In this document: positions 1-10,023 of the stretch, piece after piece
Layout: each line of letters opens with the position of its first letter
Numbering within the stretch: the stretch's first letter is position 1
Source of the DNA: Candidatus Nezhaarchaeota archaeon WYZ-LMO8
GTDB lineage: Archaea > Thermoproteota > Methanomethylicia > Nezhaarchaeales > WYZ-LMO8
Length of the DNA stretch: 38,013 bases
Reading direction: 5' to 3'
Assembly (NCBI GenBank): GCA_004347965.1
Contig: QNVF01000008.1
Span: 1-38,013 of the forward strand
The notes under the pieces: model-generated
The model's database searches: none
Told to the model about the DNA's origin: nothing
What the model saw: the letters and a program-made list of their open reading frames with translations, nothing else
Translations under genes and position numbers: made by a program

Positions 1-1683
1 AGCTGAAGTCCTATTAGCGCCCAGCGCGGTGTTAATAGCGTACGAGGTAAGCCGATAGGTGTCACCACCTAGAATAGCATCTGTTGGAGGCACGTTGTAC
101 ACGAAACATGGAAGGCCATCAGGGTACTTAACCACTATCCTCCCATCAACGCCAGTACCAACAACTATGTCCCTTGTCACACCGAGAGTGAAGGACGCTG
201 CAGGAGCAATCGTCGAGTTGACGAGATTGCCCAAGTTATCCCAGACCTCAACACCCATCCCGCTATAGAAGCCCGTGAATGTGATAGTCCTAGGATCTAG
301 CGTGGACACTATGAAGTCCTCGAACCTAAACCACGTACCAGTATCTATCGTCACGCCAGCGTACGCCGGGGTGAACCTCGTTCCTCCTGTGTCGCTAGCT
401 GATAACGTGGCTACTAGAGACCCCGTATCATCATATATCCACAGCGAGAAGTTGACGGCAGTAGTGGTTACAATATAGTTGAGGACCAAGGTGTACCATC
501 TAGTGGCACTGTAACCTGGAACCGACGTCGACCCAATAGGTCTCCATGCCCCGTCATACTTGTATATAGTGGCTGTGCTTCGCACTGATATCTCGTAAAG
601 CCGCGTTCTATCTGCGCTGAGCAAACCTATCCCCTTGTAGCCATCTACCCTTTCTGCTCTAACTCTCACTGATACCCAGAGGGATGTGTACCCGTCTATC
701 CTCGTGTTCCAGTAGTACTGGGAGGCCCTCCCTACCCCACCGTCGTTGTCTCTTCCTCTTAGGGCATTCCCCCTAAAGCCTCCACCGGTTGAGAGCTCCC
801 ACACTCCTCCGTAGCTGGTCCATCCTGATACTGGGTATTCTTCGAAGTCTGTGTACGTGATTGCTGTCCTACTGGTTCTATTGAGGATGCAAGTGTAGTT
901 GTGGGGGGAACTATCGAGGACCACTGGTGGTGGAGTTGGGATTACTGAGAGCGAGCTTGGATTGTAGGCGAAGACTGATGCGCCTGTGTAGAGGAGTGCT
1001 GCTATCAAGACTATTGAAGTGAGCGTTTGAGCTCTTAGAAGTGTTTTCACTAGCAAGCTTGGATTCTTAACTTGCACCACGTTGCTGCCATACTTCCAAG
1101 TGGCTAGGATTACGGTGGTTGCTGAGATTATCACTGATGCGTGGAGTGTAAGCCCGATGAGCCACGAGTACGTGTATGCCAGCGCGTTGGCCACGGTCTT
1201 CTCTGCTGTTATGCCAGGGTACTCTATTAGGCCTGCAAGCGTCCTAAACGTGAAGGAGCCCTTGTTAGCGTAGTTCATTATCCTCCCAGCATCCACCTCG
1301 AAGGCCTGTAGAAGGTACCTTAAAACTCCTGAAGCAACTATAAGTGATAGCGTGGAGCCGAAGACCATGGAGGCTGATGTTAGGGGCCTGCTCCTCATCA
1401 TTGATAGCCCCAAGATCGTTGCCGCTAGCATAAAGATGGAGTGTATGACCATCGTGAGCGAAGCTATGTGGACTACGTCCATGTTTGGGAGGGTGATGAG
1501 CTTGCCGTTAGTGTTGTAGCGTAGCTCGTAGCTTGTGAGCGATATGTATCCATTTATGTAGCCCGTGAAGAATACTTGTGGGTGTAGGAGGATTATCAGG
1601 TAGATTATTGAGATCGTAACTGATAGGATGCCGCTAGCTAAGATGAGCGCGTTGAGCGTCTTGGATGCTCGCTGAGTCTTCAC
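1..1683 (-). CDS. Membrane/secreted protein, partial (>=561 aa, runs off the window): multi-TM N-terminal domain, internal signal-like helix ending ASVFAYN, then a beta-rich extracellular domain
   Basis: Not in the ORF track. Manually read as stop-free from GTG at 1683 to base 1 (MKTQRASKTLNALILASG...LLYTGASVFAYNPSSLSVIPTPPPVV...ALGANRTSA). An alternative in-frame GTG lies at 1050. Confidence 0.8.
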   Translation of the reverse strand, partial: MKTQRASKTLNALILASGILSVTISIIYLIILLHPQVFFTGYINGYISLTSYELRYNTNGKLITLPNMDVVHIASLTMVIHSIFMLAATILGLSMMRSRPLTSASMVFGSTLSLIVASGVLRYLLQAFEVDAGRIMNYANKGSFTFRTLAGLIEYPGITAEKTVANALAYTYSWLIGLTLHASVIISATTVILATWKYGSNVVQVKNPSLLVKTLLRAQTLTSIVLIAALLYTGASVFAYNPSSLSVIPTPPPVVLDSSPHNYTCILNRTSRTAITYTDFEEYPVSGWTSYGGVWELSTGGGFRGNALRGRDNDGGVGRASQYYWNTRIDGYTSLWVSVRVRAERVDGYKGIGLLSADRTRLYEISVRSTATIYKYDGAWRPIGSTSVPGYSATRWYTLVLNYIVTTTAVNFSLWIYDDTGSLVATLSASDTGGTRFTPAYAGVTIDTGTWFRFEDFIVSTLDPRTITFTGFYSGMGVEVWDNLGNLVNSTIAPAASFTLGVTRDIVVGTGVDGRIVVKYPDGLPCFVYNVPPTDAILGGDTYRLTSYAINTALGANRTSA

Positions 1684-1691
1684 TAAGTCTC

Positions 1692-2819
1692 TTAGTACCT
1701 CACAGTTACTTGAGCCCATCTCTCACCGCCAGCCAGCACGTACTTGACTTCAGCGTATGCATATCGACAACCCTCAGGTGGATCTACTAGAACGCTCTCC
1801 CCACCCTCCACCACGATTTGAGTTGAGGTTTGCCTCCATCGCTCTCCAACGCCGTACGCGTACTTGAAGGTTATGTTGACAGCTACTGGGAAGCCGTTCG
1901 GGTTCTTTATTATCAGCGAGCCATTAGAGGCAGCTACGCTTAGAGGCTTGGGGTAGACCTTAATGGTGTAGTTGCCCGTTAGCTTGCCAACGTGGTTTAG
2001 CTGAGCTACTACTTGAACGCTCGTCCATCCTCTCTCCCCTATCCTCCAAGCCAGCTCTCTCGGTATGGTTGCCTTAATCTGCGTTGCGTTTATGGATGCT
2101 TCTACGCGGACACCATCCACGTACAGCTCAGCATCAGTTATCTGGAGGGCCCCCACATAGCTTACAGTTAGGATGCACGTCTCAGCATTCAGCTCCACTC
2201 TAGATAGGTGGACTACTGGAAGCTCGACCTGCATGGTTTGTGGTATTGGCTGCGTGAGGCCGTAGACCATTAAGACGAAGACTATGATCGTGGAGTAGGT
2301 CATAGCTGATGACGCCCCCACAATCCTAGCTCTAGAAACCTCAATAAGAGCTACCGCAACAGCATAAGCGAGGAGGGGTAGCCAAACCTCCCTCTGTACT
2401 ACGTGCGTTACAACCCCCCTCAACATCTTCCTGGAGACTACGAATGGATCGGGAGCTGGGTTCGCATCGCCCTTCGTGATTATGCCGCTACCGTACGGGT
2501 GATCGCCAACATACCTGTGAACAACGTAGAAGCTTGGCGTAAGCGAGTAGACCACCACATCCCCCACAGAAGGCTCAACGCCCACGAACAATGCTAGATC
2601 CCACCTACGTATGGAAGGCTCCATGCTCTCGGAGTAGACTACAACACCACCAAGTGGAGCTGGAAAACCAAGACGAGAAAGCAGCGTGAGCAGAAAGAGG
2701 ACAGTAAAAGCAACTAGAACAGCTCTTGGCAAAACCTTGACTAGAACTTGAGATACGAGCTTAAACACGAAGCCACGGGAGAAAAAAGTTTGTAGATAAG
2801 CCAGCTCATCACCGCTCAC
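1692..2819 (-). CDS. Signal peptidase I (S26, SipW/Sec11-like) with extra TM helices and a C-terminal beta domain
   Basis: YSESMEPSI (catalytic Ser), VVHR (His), ITKGDANPAPDP motif. Confidence 0.85.
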   Translation of the reverse strand: MSGDELAYLQTFFSRGFVFKLVSQVLVKVLPRAVLVAFTVLFLLTLLSRLGFPAPLGGVVVYSESMEPSIRRWDLALFVGVEPSVGDVVVYSLTPSFYVVHRYVGDHPYGSGIITKGDANPAPDPFVVSRKMLRGVVTHVVQREVWLPLLAYAVAVALIEVSRARIVGASSAMTYSTIIVFVLMVYGLTQPIPQTMQVELPVVHLSRVELNAETCILTVSYVGALQITDAELYVDGVRVEASINATQIKATIPRELAWRIGERGWTSVQVVAQLNHVGKLTGNYTIKVYPKPLSVAASNGSLIIKNPNGFPVAVNITFKYAYGVGERWRQTSTQIVVEGGESVLVDPPEGCRYAYAEVKYVLAGGERWAQVTVRY

Positions 2820-2821
2820 CG

Positions 2822-3442
2822 CTACGGCGGAGCCTCAGCAGACGGCGTGTAGACTATGTGCATTTTGAAGATCGCTGACGCACCCTCTATACTACTGCCC
2901 TCTGGTATCCGCACCAAGAAGTCAAACTCCCAAATTGCGCGTTCATGAAGGGATCCTATAAGTGTAGGCGTATCAGTGTCGGTATTTACTAATTCAATCT
3001 TATTGACGTACGTATTACTTGCAGGCTCAGGATTTGGATATCCAATTAAGTTTCTGGTGGCACCACTGCTGTATACTATGAGGTAGACCTTAGATTCAGA
3101 TGGGAGGCTTACTTGCTTTTCACTAATGATCAAATAGACTTTGTACTCCTTAGAGTCACTATTATTTAGGAGCGTTACGTTCTTGTAGTATGTTGTGTTG
3201 TAGGTTGGGTGGATTGAAACTTGTACGCTGGTTTTATTATTGCCCAATGATACACTAATAGTGCCCGTGCCTAGATCAGGCTGACCTGAATTGTTGCCAT
3301 ATTCGAATGTGACCGGAGGGCTGACGGGCGATACCGTTAGCTGGAATGGGTAGTAGGCGAAGACGCTTGCTGCAGCAAATGCTGCTACGATTAGGATTAG
3401 CACCGATGCTAGTACCCCTCTCTCTCCACGGTTTACTACCAC
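2822..3442 (-). CDS. Secreted beta-rich protein, putative fibre/pilin subunit and cognate substrate of the adjacent peptidase
   Basis: Signal peptide ending AAASVFAYY; Ser/Thr/Asn-rich with N-x-S/T sequons; first gene of the operon. Confidence 0.6.
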   Translation of the reverse strand: MVVNRGERGVLASVLILIVAAFAAASVFAYYPFQLTVSPVSPPVTFEYGNNSGQPDLGTGTISVSLGNNKTSVQVSIHPTYNTTYYKNVTLLNNSDSKEYKVYLIISEKQVSLPSESKVYLIVYSSGATRNLIGYPNPEPASNTYVNKIELVNTDTDTPTLIGSLHERAIWEFDFLVRIPEGSSIEGASAIFKMHIVYTPSAEAPP

Positions 3443-3774
3443 CTGAGTGGAGACCTAGGTAGTTTTTATGTATGACGTTTAAAAAGTTATCTTCGTATAC
3501 TTTATTCATTATTCATTAATATTACCTTTTTGCTCCCACTTCATAGGTTCTTGAAGGAGGGCTTTAGCTTAGTGGCTACGTGTCTCTCTTTAATCTTGAG
3601 GTTCGAGGTTGGGTGGTCATGGCTTGAGAAGGAGGTTGGGGAATGGGGTTGAGGGTGTGGTTCCACTATTCCTGTTTGAGCTCGTTCTCAGCTTCATACC
3701 CTTAACCTTCGTGGCTTCTAGTGGAATCTCTATTCTCGATGTTCAACAGCTCTTTGCTTGCGTGCTCGCTTAGA

Positions 3775-4173
3775 TTAGAGCCTCCTTTTCCTCTCAATCA
3801 TTATGCAAGCTCCGTGAACCACCGCTATATTGTTCTTCTCGCAGTACTCTACTGCTCTCTCTGATTCGGATCCTGGCTGCATCCATATCTTCCTTACCCC
3901 AAGCTCCTTGCACTCTTCAACTACTAGCTCCGTCACTTGTGGTGGAACCACTGTTACGACAACGTCGGGCTTCGCGGGCAGCTCCTTAAGGCTTGGATAG
4001 CATTTATCGCCTAAAACCTCTTGAGCGTTGGGGTTTACAGGATAGACTTTGTAGCCAGCGCTCTTAAGATCCCTATACACTTGGTAGCCGTACTTTTGAG
4101 GGTCGCGGCTAGCTCCAACTACTGCAAATACATTCCGTCTATCCAAGAACTCTCTGATCAATTCTTCGTTCAT
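3775..4173 (-). CDS. CoA-binding protein (YccU-like)
   Basis: AVVGASRDPQKYG, VYPVNP, IWMQPG motifs; start taken at ATG 4173. Confidence 0.9.
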   Translation of the reverse strand: MNEELIREFLDRRNVFAVVGASRDPQKYGYQVYRDLKSAGYKVYPVNPNAQEVLGDKCYPSLKELPAKPDVVVTVVPPQVTELVVEECKELGVRKIWMQPGSESERAVEYCEKNNIAVVHGACIMIERKRRL

Positions 4174-4252
4174 GAAAACGACCTCTTCGATAGGATGAGT
4201 CACGGAAAACCCTTATATGCCTACTTCACCTAAAGGTTCTCGTAGATTGGTA

Positions 4253-4980
4253 ATGGTGGCCGTTAAGGTCTCCAACTTAGTTAAGCGTTTTGGAAGAACT
4301 GTTGTTCTTAAGGGTTTAAGCTTTGACGTCAAGGAGGGAGAGATCTTCGGTCTAGTTGGGCCCAATGGCCTGGGAAAACTACTACGCTCAGAATTTTAGC
4401 CACCCTCCTCGCTCCTTCTGACGGCATTGTCGAGATCTTTGGCTTAAATATAGTGAAGAAGGCCAGTGACGTCAGGAAGATCATTAGCTATTTGCCTGAG
4501 GAAGCAGGGATATATCCTAGGCTTACTGGGCTTGAATACCTTAAGTTCATGGCGAACCTTTACGCCAAGGATCGTGGAGAGGTCGAAGAGATGGTTAACG
4601 AAGGTTTGAAGATAGCCAGCTTAGGTGATAAGATTAGAGAGAAAACCGCGACCTATAGTAAAGGTATGAAGAGAAGGCTCTTGATAGCTAGAGCATTAAT
4701 GGTTAGACCTAAGCTAGCGATTCTTGATGAGCCAACAAGCGGACTCGACGTCCTCCACGCCTATCACGTAAGGAGGATCATAAAGGAATACGTAAAGCAG
4801 CAAGGTTTAACGGTTATTTTGTCAAGCCACAACATGCTTGAAGTAGACTTTCTCTGCGATAGAGTTGCTCTAATACATGATGGTCAAATAGTCGTTGAAG
4901 GTTCTCCGCATGCTCTTAAAGAGACATATGAGGCTAAGAATCTTGAAGAGGTCTTCGCTAAGGTGACTGGACATGGTTAG
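4253..4980 (+). pseudogene. ABC transporter ATP-binding subunit split by a -1 frameshift in Walker A (mutation, sequencing error or recoding)
   Basis: One frame gives [10 protein letters not shown]; the -1 frame continues [10 protein letters not shown]...YSKGMKRR...ILDEPTSGLD...SSHN. Confidence 0.8.
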
Positions 4981-6256
4981 GCATTTGAAGGTCGTTGTTC
5001 TAAAGGAAATTAAAGAGCTCATTAGAGATCCCAGAATACTAGTAGGCGTTATCATAATCCCACTAGTGATATTTCCTCTCATGGGCCAATTGTTCTCCAT
5101 AGCTACCGAAGCAACATTAAGAGAGATGAGAGTTATTCCAGTTGCTCTGATAGATGAGGATCGTTCCGAGTTCTCTTACATGCTGCTTGAAATGCTTAGG
5201 AGAGTGCCGAACATAGTGCTTGTAAGTCTAAGTAGCCAAAATTGGATTGAAGAAGCCTTAAATAATAGCGTTAAAGCCGTTATTAAGGTCTCTCAAGGCT
5301 TTGCCAGCAATCTAAGCAATGGACTTCGAGGAAACATCGAGGTTTATCTTGTTATAAAGTCCCTTGGGATGGGAGAAGTTGGAGTAGGAAGTACTGTAGA
5401 CGAGATTTTGGGCAGTTTCTCGAAAATGGTTTCCACAGCCATGATTAGCAAGCATGCACCTAATGCCAATGCACCTACGATCTTAGAACCCATTATCGTA
5501 AGCGACAAGACCATAGTTAAAGGAGAAGTAGTCGATGTCTCCCCTAAAGGTTTTATTAGTGCTCTCTTGAGTCAAACAATGGTAATTCCGATCGTAACGA
5601 TGTTGTTGATGATAATGGCGGCTCAAATCGCTGTCACATCAATTGCTGTGGAGAAAGAGGAGAAGACACTTGAAACACTACTGACACTTCCAGTTAAGAG
5701 GGTCACAATTCTTTGGGGTAAGCTTATTGGCTCGACTATTGTTGCAGCCATAAGCGTCATAGCTTACATGGTCGGTTTCAACTATTACATGAGCATCGTG
5801 CTTTCTCAGCAACAAATGCCTGCCATTAGCACTTCATATATTGGGATTCCTTTTGAAGGATACGCTGTTCTAGCAATCTCACTCTTCCTCTCCTTAATGT
5901 CGATGCTGGCTTTAGCTATACTCCTTGGAGCTTACGCTCAAGACGTGAGGAGTGCACAGTCTCTTATTGGAATACTATTCATTCCGATCCTAGTACCAAC
6001 TTTTATCTTAATGTACGCTGACCCCTTATCGCTACCATTGAGCTTACAGATAATACTCTACTTAATTCCGTTCTCTCATCCAATAATAGCTGTAAAGTCC
6101 ATAATCTTTGGGAACTATCTTATCTCGATGTTTGGGCTTCTATACAACATGGCGTTCATGGTTGTCGTGCTATACGTAGCAGCAAGGTTCTTTAGCTCTG
6201 AGAAAGTGGTTACCGCTAGAATAACTCTAGGGCAAAGAGGTACTAAAACATCATAA
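4973..6256 (+). CDS. ABC-2 type transporter permease (NatB-like)
   Basis: KEIKELIRDPR N-terminus, SIAVEKEEKTLETLLTLP motif, multiple TM helices. Confidence 0.9.
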   Translation: MVRHLKVVVLKEIKELIRDPRILVGVIIIPLVIFPLMGQLFSIATEATLREMRVIPVALIDEDRSEFSYMLLEMLRRVPNIVLVSLSSQNWIEEALNNSVKAVIKVSQGFASNLSNGLRGNIEVYLVIKSLGMGEVGVGSTVDEILGSFSKMVSTAMISKHAPNANAPTILEPIIVSDKTIVKGEVVDVSPKGFISALLSQTMVIPIVTMLLMIMAAQIAVTSIAVEKEEKTLETLLTLPVKRVTILWGKLIGSTIVAAISVIAYMVGFNYYMSIVLSQQQMPAISTSYIGIPFEGYAVLAISLFLSLMSMLALAILLGAYAQDVRSAQSLIGILFIPILVPTFILMYADPLSLPLSLQIILYLIPFSHPIIAVKSIIFGNYLISMFGLLYNMAFMVVVLYVAARFFSSEKVVTARITLGQRGTKTS

Positions 6257-6260
6257 AGAG

Positions 6261-6953
6261 TTAGAGGTAGAGAGAGTGAAAGAGTCTTGGAGGTCTTCCT
6301 GATTCTCTTCTGTAGAATAGGACGAACCTGTTTACAACCATCTCTATCATCGTTATAAGCTCCTCAATTCGTACATTAATTTCCTTGACCTCCTCTCCTA
6401 CAAGTACTGCTGCACCTGAAGGCATTCCCTCTTCTCCTTGCCAGAAAGCTATCCTTACCCTTACTCCATCTACTGGTGTGACCTCAAAGCCCCACGTGGC
6501 GCTCAAGTGCTCAACCAGCACGCCCCCCACATCTTTGACGACCTTCTCAACTTCTTCACGTAGTGATCCATCCATTTCGATCGTTAAGAAGTCTATGATC
6601 TTCTTTTCGTAGAGCCTCGCAGCATGTCCTCCAGCTAATTGCACTAAGCTTATTAATCCCTTCTTTGATGAAACTAGCTTTCCTTGAAGAGCTCTCTCTA
6701 AGGCCTTAACCACGTACGTTAAAAGTCTTGAGACATCCTCTCCTCTACCCAGTGGATCGTAAATGTCTACCTTTAAGTCGCCGTTAGCGAGCTTAACTTC
6801 ATACTTCACTCCTAGCACGTTGATTTTCAGGAATCTAGTACCGTCAATGATAAGCTCTCCACCAATAGCTCTTGCTATTAAAGGAGCGTGCGATCGTGAT
6901 ACACTGCTCATAAGTGATTTAAGCCTATTCATAGTTTCAGCCTCGATCTGCAT
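6261..6953 (-). CDS. DUF3786-like protein
   Basis: C-terminal VRVRIAFWQGEEGMPSGAAVL resembles the DUF3786 W-x-G-D/E-E-x-x-P motif (recalled, not searched). Confidence 0.55.
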   Translation of the reverse strand: MQIEAETMNRLKSLMSSVSRSHAPLIARAIGGELIIDGTRFLKINVLGVKYEVKLANGDLKVDIYDPLGRGEDVSRLLTYVVKALERALQGKLVSSKKGLISLVQLAGGHAARLYEKKIIDFLTIEMDGSLREEVEKVVKDVGGVLVEHLSATWGFEVTPVDGVRVRIAFWQGEEGMPSGAAVLVGEEVKEINVRIEELITMIEMVVNRFVLFYRRESGRPPRLFHSLYL

Positions 6954-7153
6954 TACGAACCCCCACGTACTGGTAATAGTATCGGCTTATAATTCATCAT
7001 GGATTTGTGGGGAAAAATTTAGGTTTATCTCCACGTTGTTTGTTAGAAGCTACTACATCATGGTTCCTCAAAAGCTTCAACTTAAGGGTAAAGGCTTAGC
7101 GAATTTAAAAATTAAGGAAGGAGGGTCGTGAGTGGTATGAGAGATTAAAAAGT

Positions 7154-8353
7154 TCATACTCTTTGAAGTACTATTGCTGCCCCCTGTCCACCGCCAACAC
7201 AAGCTGTTGCAACTCCATAATCTCCGCCGTGAAGTTGAAGTATACGTGAAAGTGTTCCTACAAGGCGTGCACCCGTGGCAGCGAGGGGATGACCTATGGC
7301 TATCGCTCCTCCCTTGATGTTCACTCTCTCAGGCTCTATTCCAAGTTTATGTATTGCGTATAGCGTTACTATTGCGAAGGCCTCGTTTACCTCCCAATAT
7401 GCTATGTCTTTGACCTTCAAGTTCGCTTTCTCCAAGGCTTTAAGGGTAGCTGGTACTGGGCCCTTACCCATTACGTATGGTGGTACGCCAGCTGTTCCAT
7501 AACTCACGATCTTTGCTAGAGGCTCAATGCCGAACTCTTTGATCTTCTCTTTGCTCATAAGTAGCACGGCTGAGGCTCCAGCATTTAACGGTGAAGAATT
7601 ACCTGCCGTTATTACTCCACCAGGTTTAAAGGCTGGTGGAAGCCTTGAGACCACTTCAAGTGATGTGTCTGGGCGTATTGATTGATCACGATCAACAATT
7701 ATCTTCCTACCGTCGGCTTGCTCAGCTTCAACAGGTAGTATTTCTCCTTTAAAGTATCCTTCCTCAAGTGCCTTTGCTGCGTACTTATGGCTTCTCACCG
7801 CCCACTTGTCCATGTCCTCTTTGGTTATTCCGAGCTCTTTATTTGCTTCTACGAAGAGCTCTTCAGCTGTCAATCCCATCACGAAGCCTATCTCCATCTT
7901 GTAGTCTCGATACTCTTCGCTCAACAGCTTATCGTTCCTCTTGATGTATGGGTTCTCAGCGCCCATGGGGACACGAGTCATGTGCTCGTATCCACCTGCT
8001 ATCACTACATCGCAGTAGCCGGCTGCTACTTCTAAGTAGCCATAAAACACCGTAGCTAAGGAGGAGGCACACTGCATGTCAACAAGTGACGTTGAAACTT
8101 CAGGTGGATATTTTGCAAGCATGACCGAAGACTTTCCACCATAAGCCCAGTTCTCATAGACTGGGAAAGCACAGCCTATGAGGATTCTATTAACATCTTT
8201 CTTACTGATGCCCGCACGCCTTGGAATTTCGTCGAGAACCATTGCCATCAGCTCGTCGCCCCTTATCTTGTAGAAGACGTCTCTCTCCGGCTCCCGTGGC
8301 CTACTTCGTGAAAAAGGAGTTCTCACAAACGCAGCAACATAAACTTCTCTCAT
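7154..8353 (-). CDS. Acetyl-CoA C-acyltransferase (thiolase)
   Basis: DMQCASSL, NEAFA, GGAIAIGHPLAATG, CVGGGQG motifs. Confidence 0.95.
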   Translation of the reverse strand: MREVYVAAFVRTPFSRSRPREPERDVFYKIRGDELMAMVLDEIPRRAGISKKDVNRILIGCAFPVYENWAYGGKSSVMLAKYPPEVSTSLVDMQCASSLATVFYGYLEVAAGYCDVVIAGGYEHMTRVPMGAENPYIKRNDKLLSEEYRDYKMEIGFVMGLTAEELFVEANKELGITKEDMDKWAVRSHKYAAKALEEGYFKGEILPVEAEQADGRKIIVDRDQSIRPDTSLEVVSRLPPAFKPGGVITAGNSSPLNAGASAVLLMSKEKIKEFGIEPLAKIVSYGTAGVPPYVMGKGPVPATLKALEKANLKVKDIAYWEVNEAFAIVTLYAIHKLGIEPERVNIKGGAIAIGHPLAATGARLVGTLSRILQLHGGDYGVATACVGGGQGAAIVLQRV

Positions 8354-8616
8354 ACTGACACCAAGGTAAAGTTAAAGAAATTTAACTTAAAAAGACTTCT
8401 GGTTATGTGAAAGCTTAATTTTGATGTTAGAAAGAAATCACAACTATCATAACAATTATCGTAGGGCTGAGGATAGGTTCACGTCATCCTTGATGAGGGG
8501 GCGAGAGGTCTTAGGCTACTTGAGCATAAGGTCCGAGGGCATAAACGTCTTTAGTAAAATATATTTACCGCCATTTGATTCTCCTATTCCACAAAATTGC
8601 TGTGAAAGTGACAAGC

Positions 8617-9066
8617 ATGTCTCAAGAGTTCAAGCATATAGTCAGGATTGCGGGTGTAGACATAAATGGAGGACTGAACATAGAGGAGGGGCTAGCTAGA
8701 ATTAGAGGCTTAGGTCATACACTTGCTAGAGCAATAGTTAACATACTTGACCTGGACAGAGCTATGAGGATAGGATACTTGAGCGATGCCATGGTAAAGA
8801 GGATAGAGGACGTTATTGCGAACCCCTTAAAGTATGGTATTCCTCCTTGGGCTCTTAATAGGCAGAAGGATTACAGAACTGGAGAGTACAAGCTACTCCT
8901 AGGCTCTGATCTCGTGCTCACAGTCAGAGAGGATGTTGAGAAGCTTAAGAGAATTAAGTGCTGGCGTGGTATAAGACATGCCCTTGGACTTAAAGTCAGA
9001 GGACAGTGTACGAGAACTACAGGTAGAGTTGGCTTGACTGTTGGAGTTAAGAAGAAGCCTAAATAG
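8617..9066 (+). CDS. rps13: 30S ribosomal protein S13
   Basis: FKHIVRIAGVDI...RGIRHALGLKVRGQ; ATG at 8617. Confidence 0.97.
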   Translation: MSQEFKHIVRIAGVDINGGLNIEEGLARIRGLGHTLARAIVNILDLDRAMRIGYLSDAMVKRIEDVIANPLKYGIPPWALNRQKDYRTGEYKLLLGSDLVLTVREDVEKLKRIKCWRGIRHALGLKVRGQCTRTTGRVGLTVGVKKKPK

Positions 9067-9080
9067 CTGAAGGTGATAGC

Positions 9081-9572
9081 GTGGGAGATCCTAAGAAGCC
9101 AAGAAAGACGTGGAAGGGACCGCGCCACCCCTGGAAGAGGGATGCTCTTAGAAGAGAGATGGAGCTTCTCGGAGTTTATGGGCTTAGAAATAAGCGTGAA
9201 CTTTGGAAGTCCATGACCATTCTTAGAAAGATAAGGCACCAGGCTAGGAGACTTCTAGCTCAGAAAGATGAAAAGCAAACTCAAGAGCTCTTAGCTAAAC
9301 TATATAGGCTTGGCTTGCTACCAGCTAATGCAACGCTAGATGATGTCTTGTCTTTAAAGATTGAAGATATACTGGAGAGGAGACTTCAGACAATAGTTTT
9401 TAGGAAGGGTTTAGCTAAGAGCATGCACCACGCTCGCCAGTTAATAGTTCATGGGCATGTAGCCGTAGGAGGAATGAGAGTAAGAACACCTAACAGATTG
9501 CTTACGATAGATGAAGAAAAGCTTGTTCGCTTAGTAGAACAGCCAGTACCACTTGAGCATAGTGAGAGGTGA
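9081..9572 (+). CDS. rps4: 30S ribosomal protein S4
   Basis: MGDPKKPRK, YGLRNKRELW, LERRLQT, ARQLIVHGH. Confidence 0.97.
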   Translation: MGDPKKPRKTWKGPRHPWKRDALRREMELLGVYGLRNKRELWKSMTILRKIRHQARRLLAQKDEKQTQELLAKLYRLGLLPANATLDDVLSLKIEDILERRLQTIVFRKGLAKSMHHARQLIVHGHVAVGGMRVRTPNRLLTIDEEKLVRLVEQPVPLEHSER

Positions 9573-9583
9573 TGTAAGGGCTT

Positions 9584-10009
9584 ATGTCATCCTCTACACT
9601 AACCCCTACTCAAGTTACGTCGAAGACCCTTAACTGGGGGATAGCTTGGATATACGCCAGCTTCAATAACACGATAATCCTGATAACTGATGTAACAGGT
9701 TCTGAAACAATTGCTAGAGCCTCTGGCGGTATGGTTGTAAAAGCTGATAGGGAGAAGCCATCACCATACGCAGCTATGCTAGCAGCTACCAAGGCAGCTA
9801 AGATTGCCATGGAGAGGGGAATAAATGCCATCCACATTAGGGTTAGAGCTCCAGGTGGAAGTGGTCCAAAAATACCAGGTCCAGGAGCTCAAGCTGCTAT
9901 AAGGGCCTTAGCTAGAGCTGGCTTGATCATTGGCAGCATAGAAGATGTCACGCCAATACCTCACGATCATATAAGGAAGCCGGGTGGCAGGCGCGGTAGA
10001 AGAGTGTAG
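9584..10009 (+). CDS. rps11: 30S ribosomal protein S11
   Basis: [22 protein letters not shown]. Confidence 0.97.
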   Translation: MSSSTLTPTQVTSKTLNWGIAWIYASFNNTIILITDVTGSETIARASGGMVVKADREKPSPYAAMLAATKAAKIAMERGINAIHIRVRAPGGSGPKIPGPGAQAAIRALARAGLIIGSIEDVTPIPHDHIRKPGGRRGRRV

Positions 10010-10023
10010 GAGGCGTCAGCGTA

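Noticed and set aside
59..1273. Short plus-strand ORFs at 59, 275 and 1082, and other antisense ORFs overlapping assigned genes
   Set aside because: Shadow frames of well-supported genes with no recognisable motifs.
4352..4382. Hairpin (GGGCC/GGCCT, TAGTT/AACTA) at the ABC frameshift as a third intron
   Set aside because: No BHB geometry and no extra sequence; excision would delete Walker A.
6763..7131. 122-aa plus-strand ORF
   Set aside because: Half antisense to the DUF3786-like gene and runs through its AT-rich promoter region; no motif.
8421..8699. 92-aa ORF upstream of rps13
   Set aside because: Overlaps rps13 out of frame and spans its promoter region; no recognisable product.
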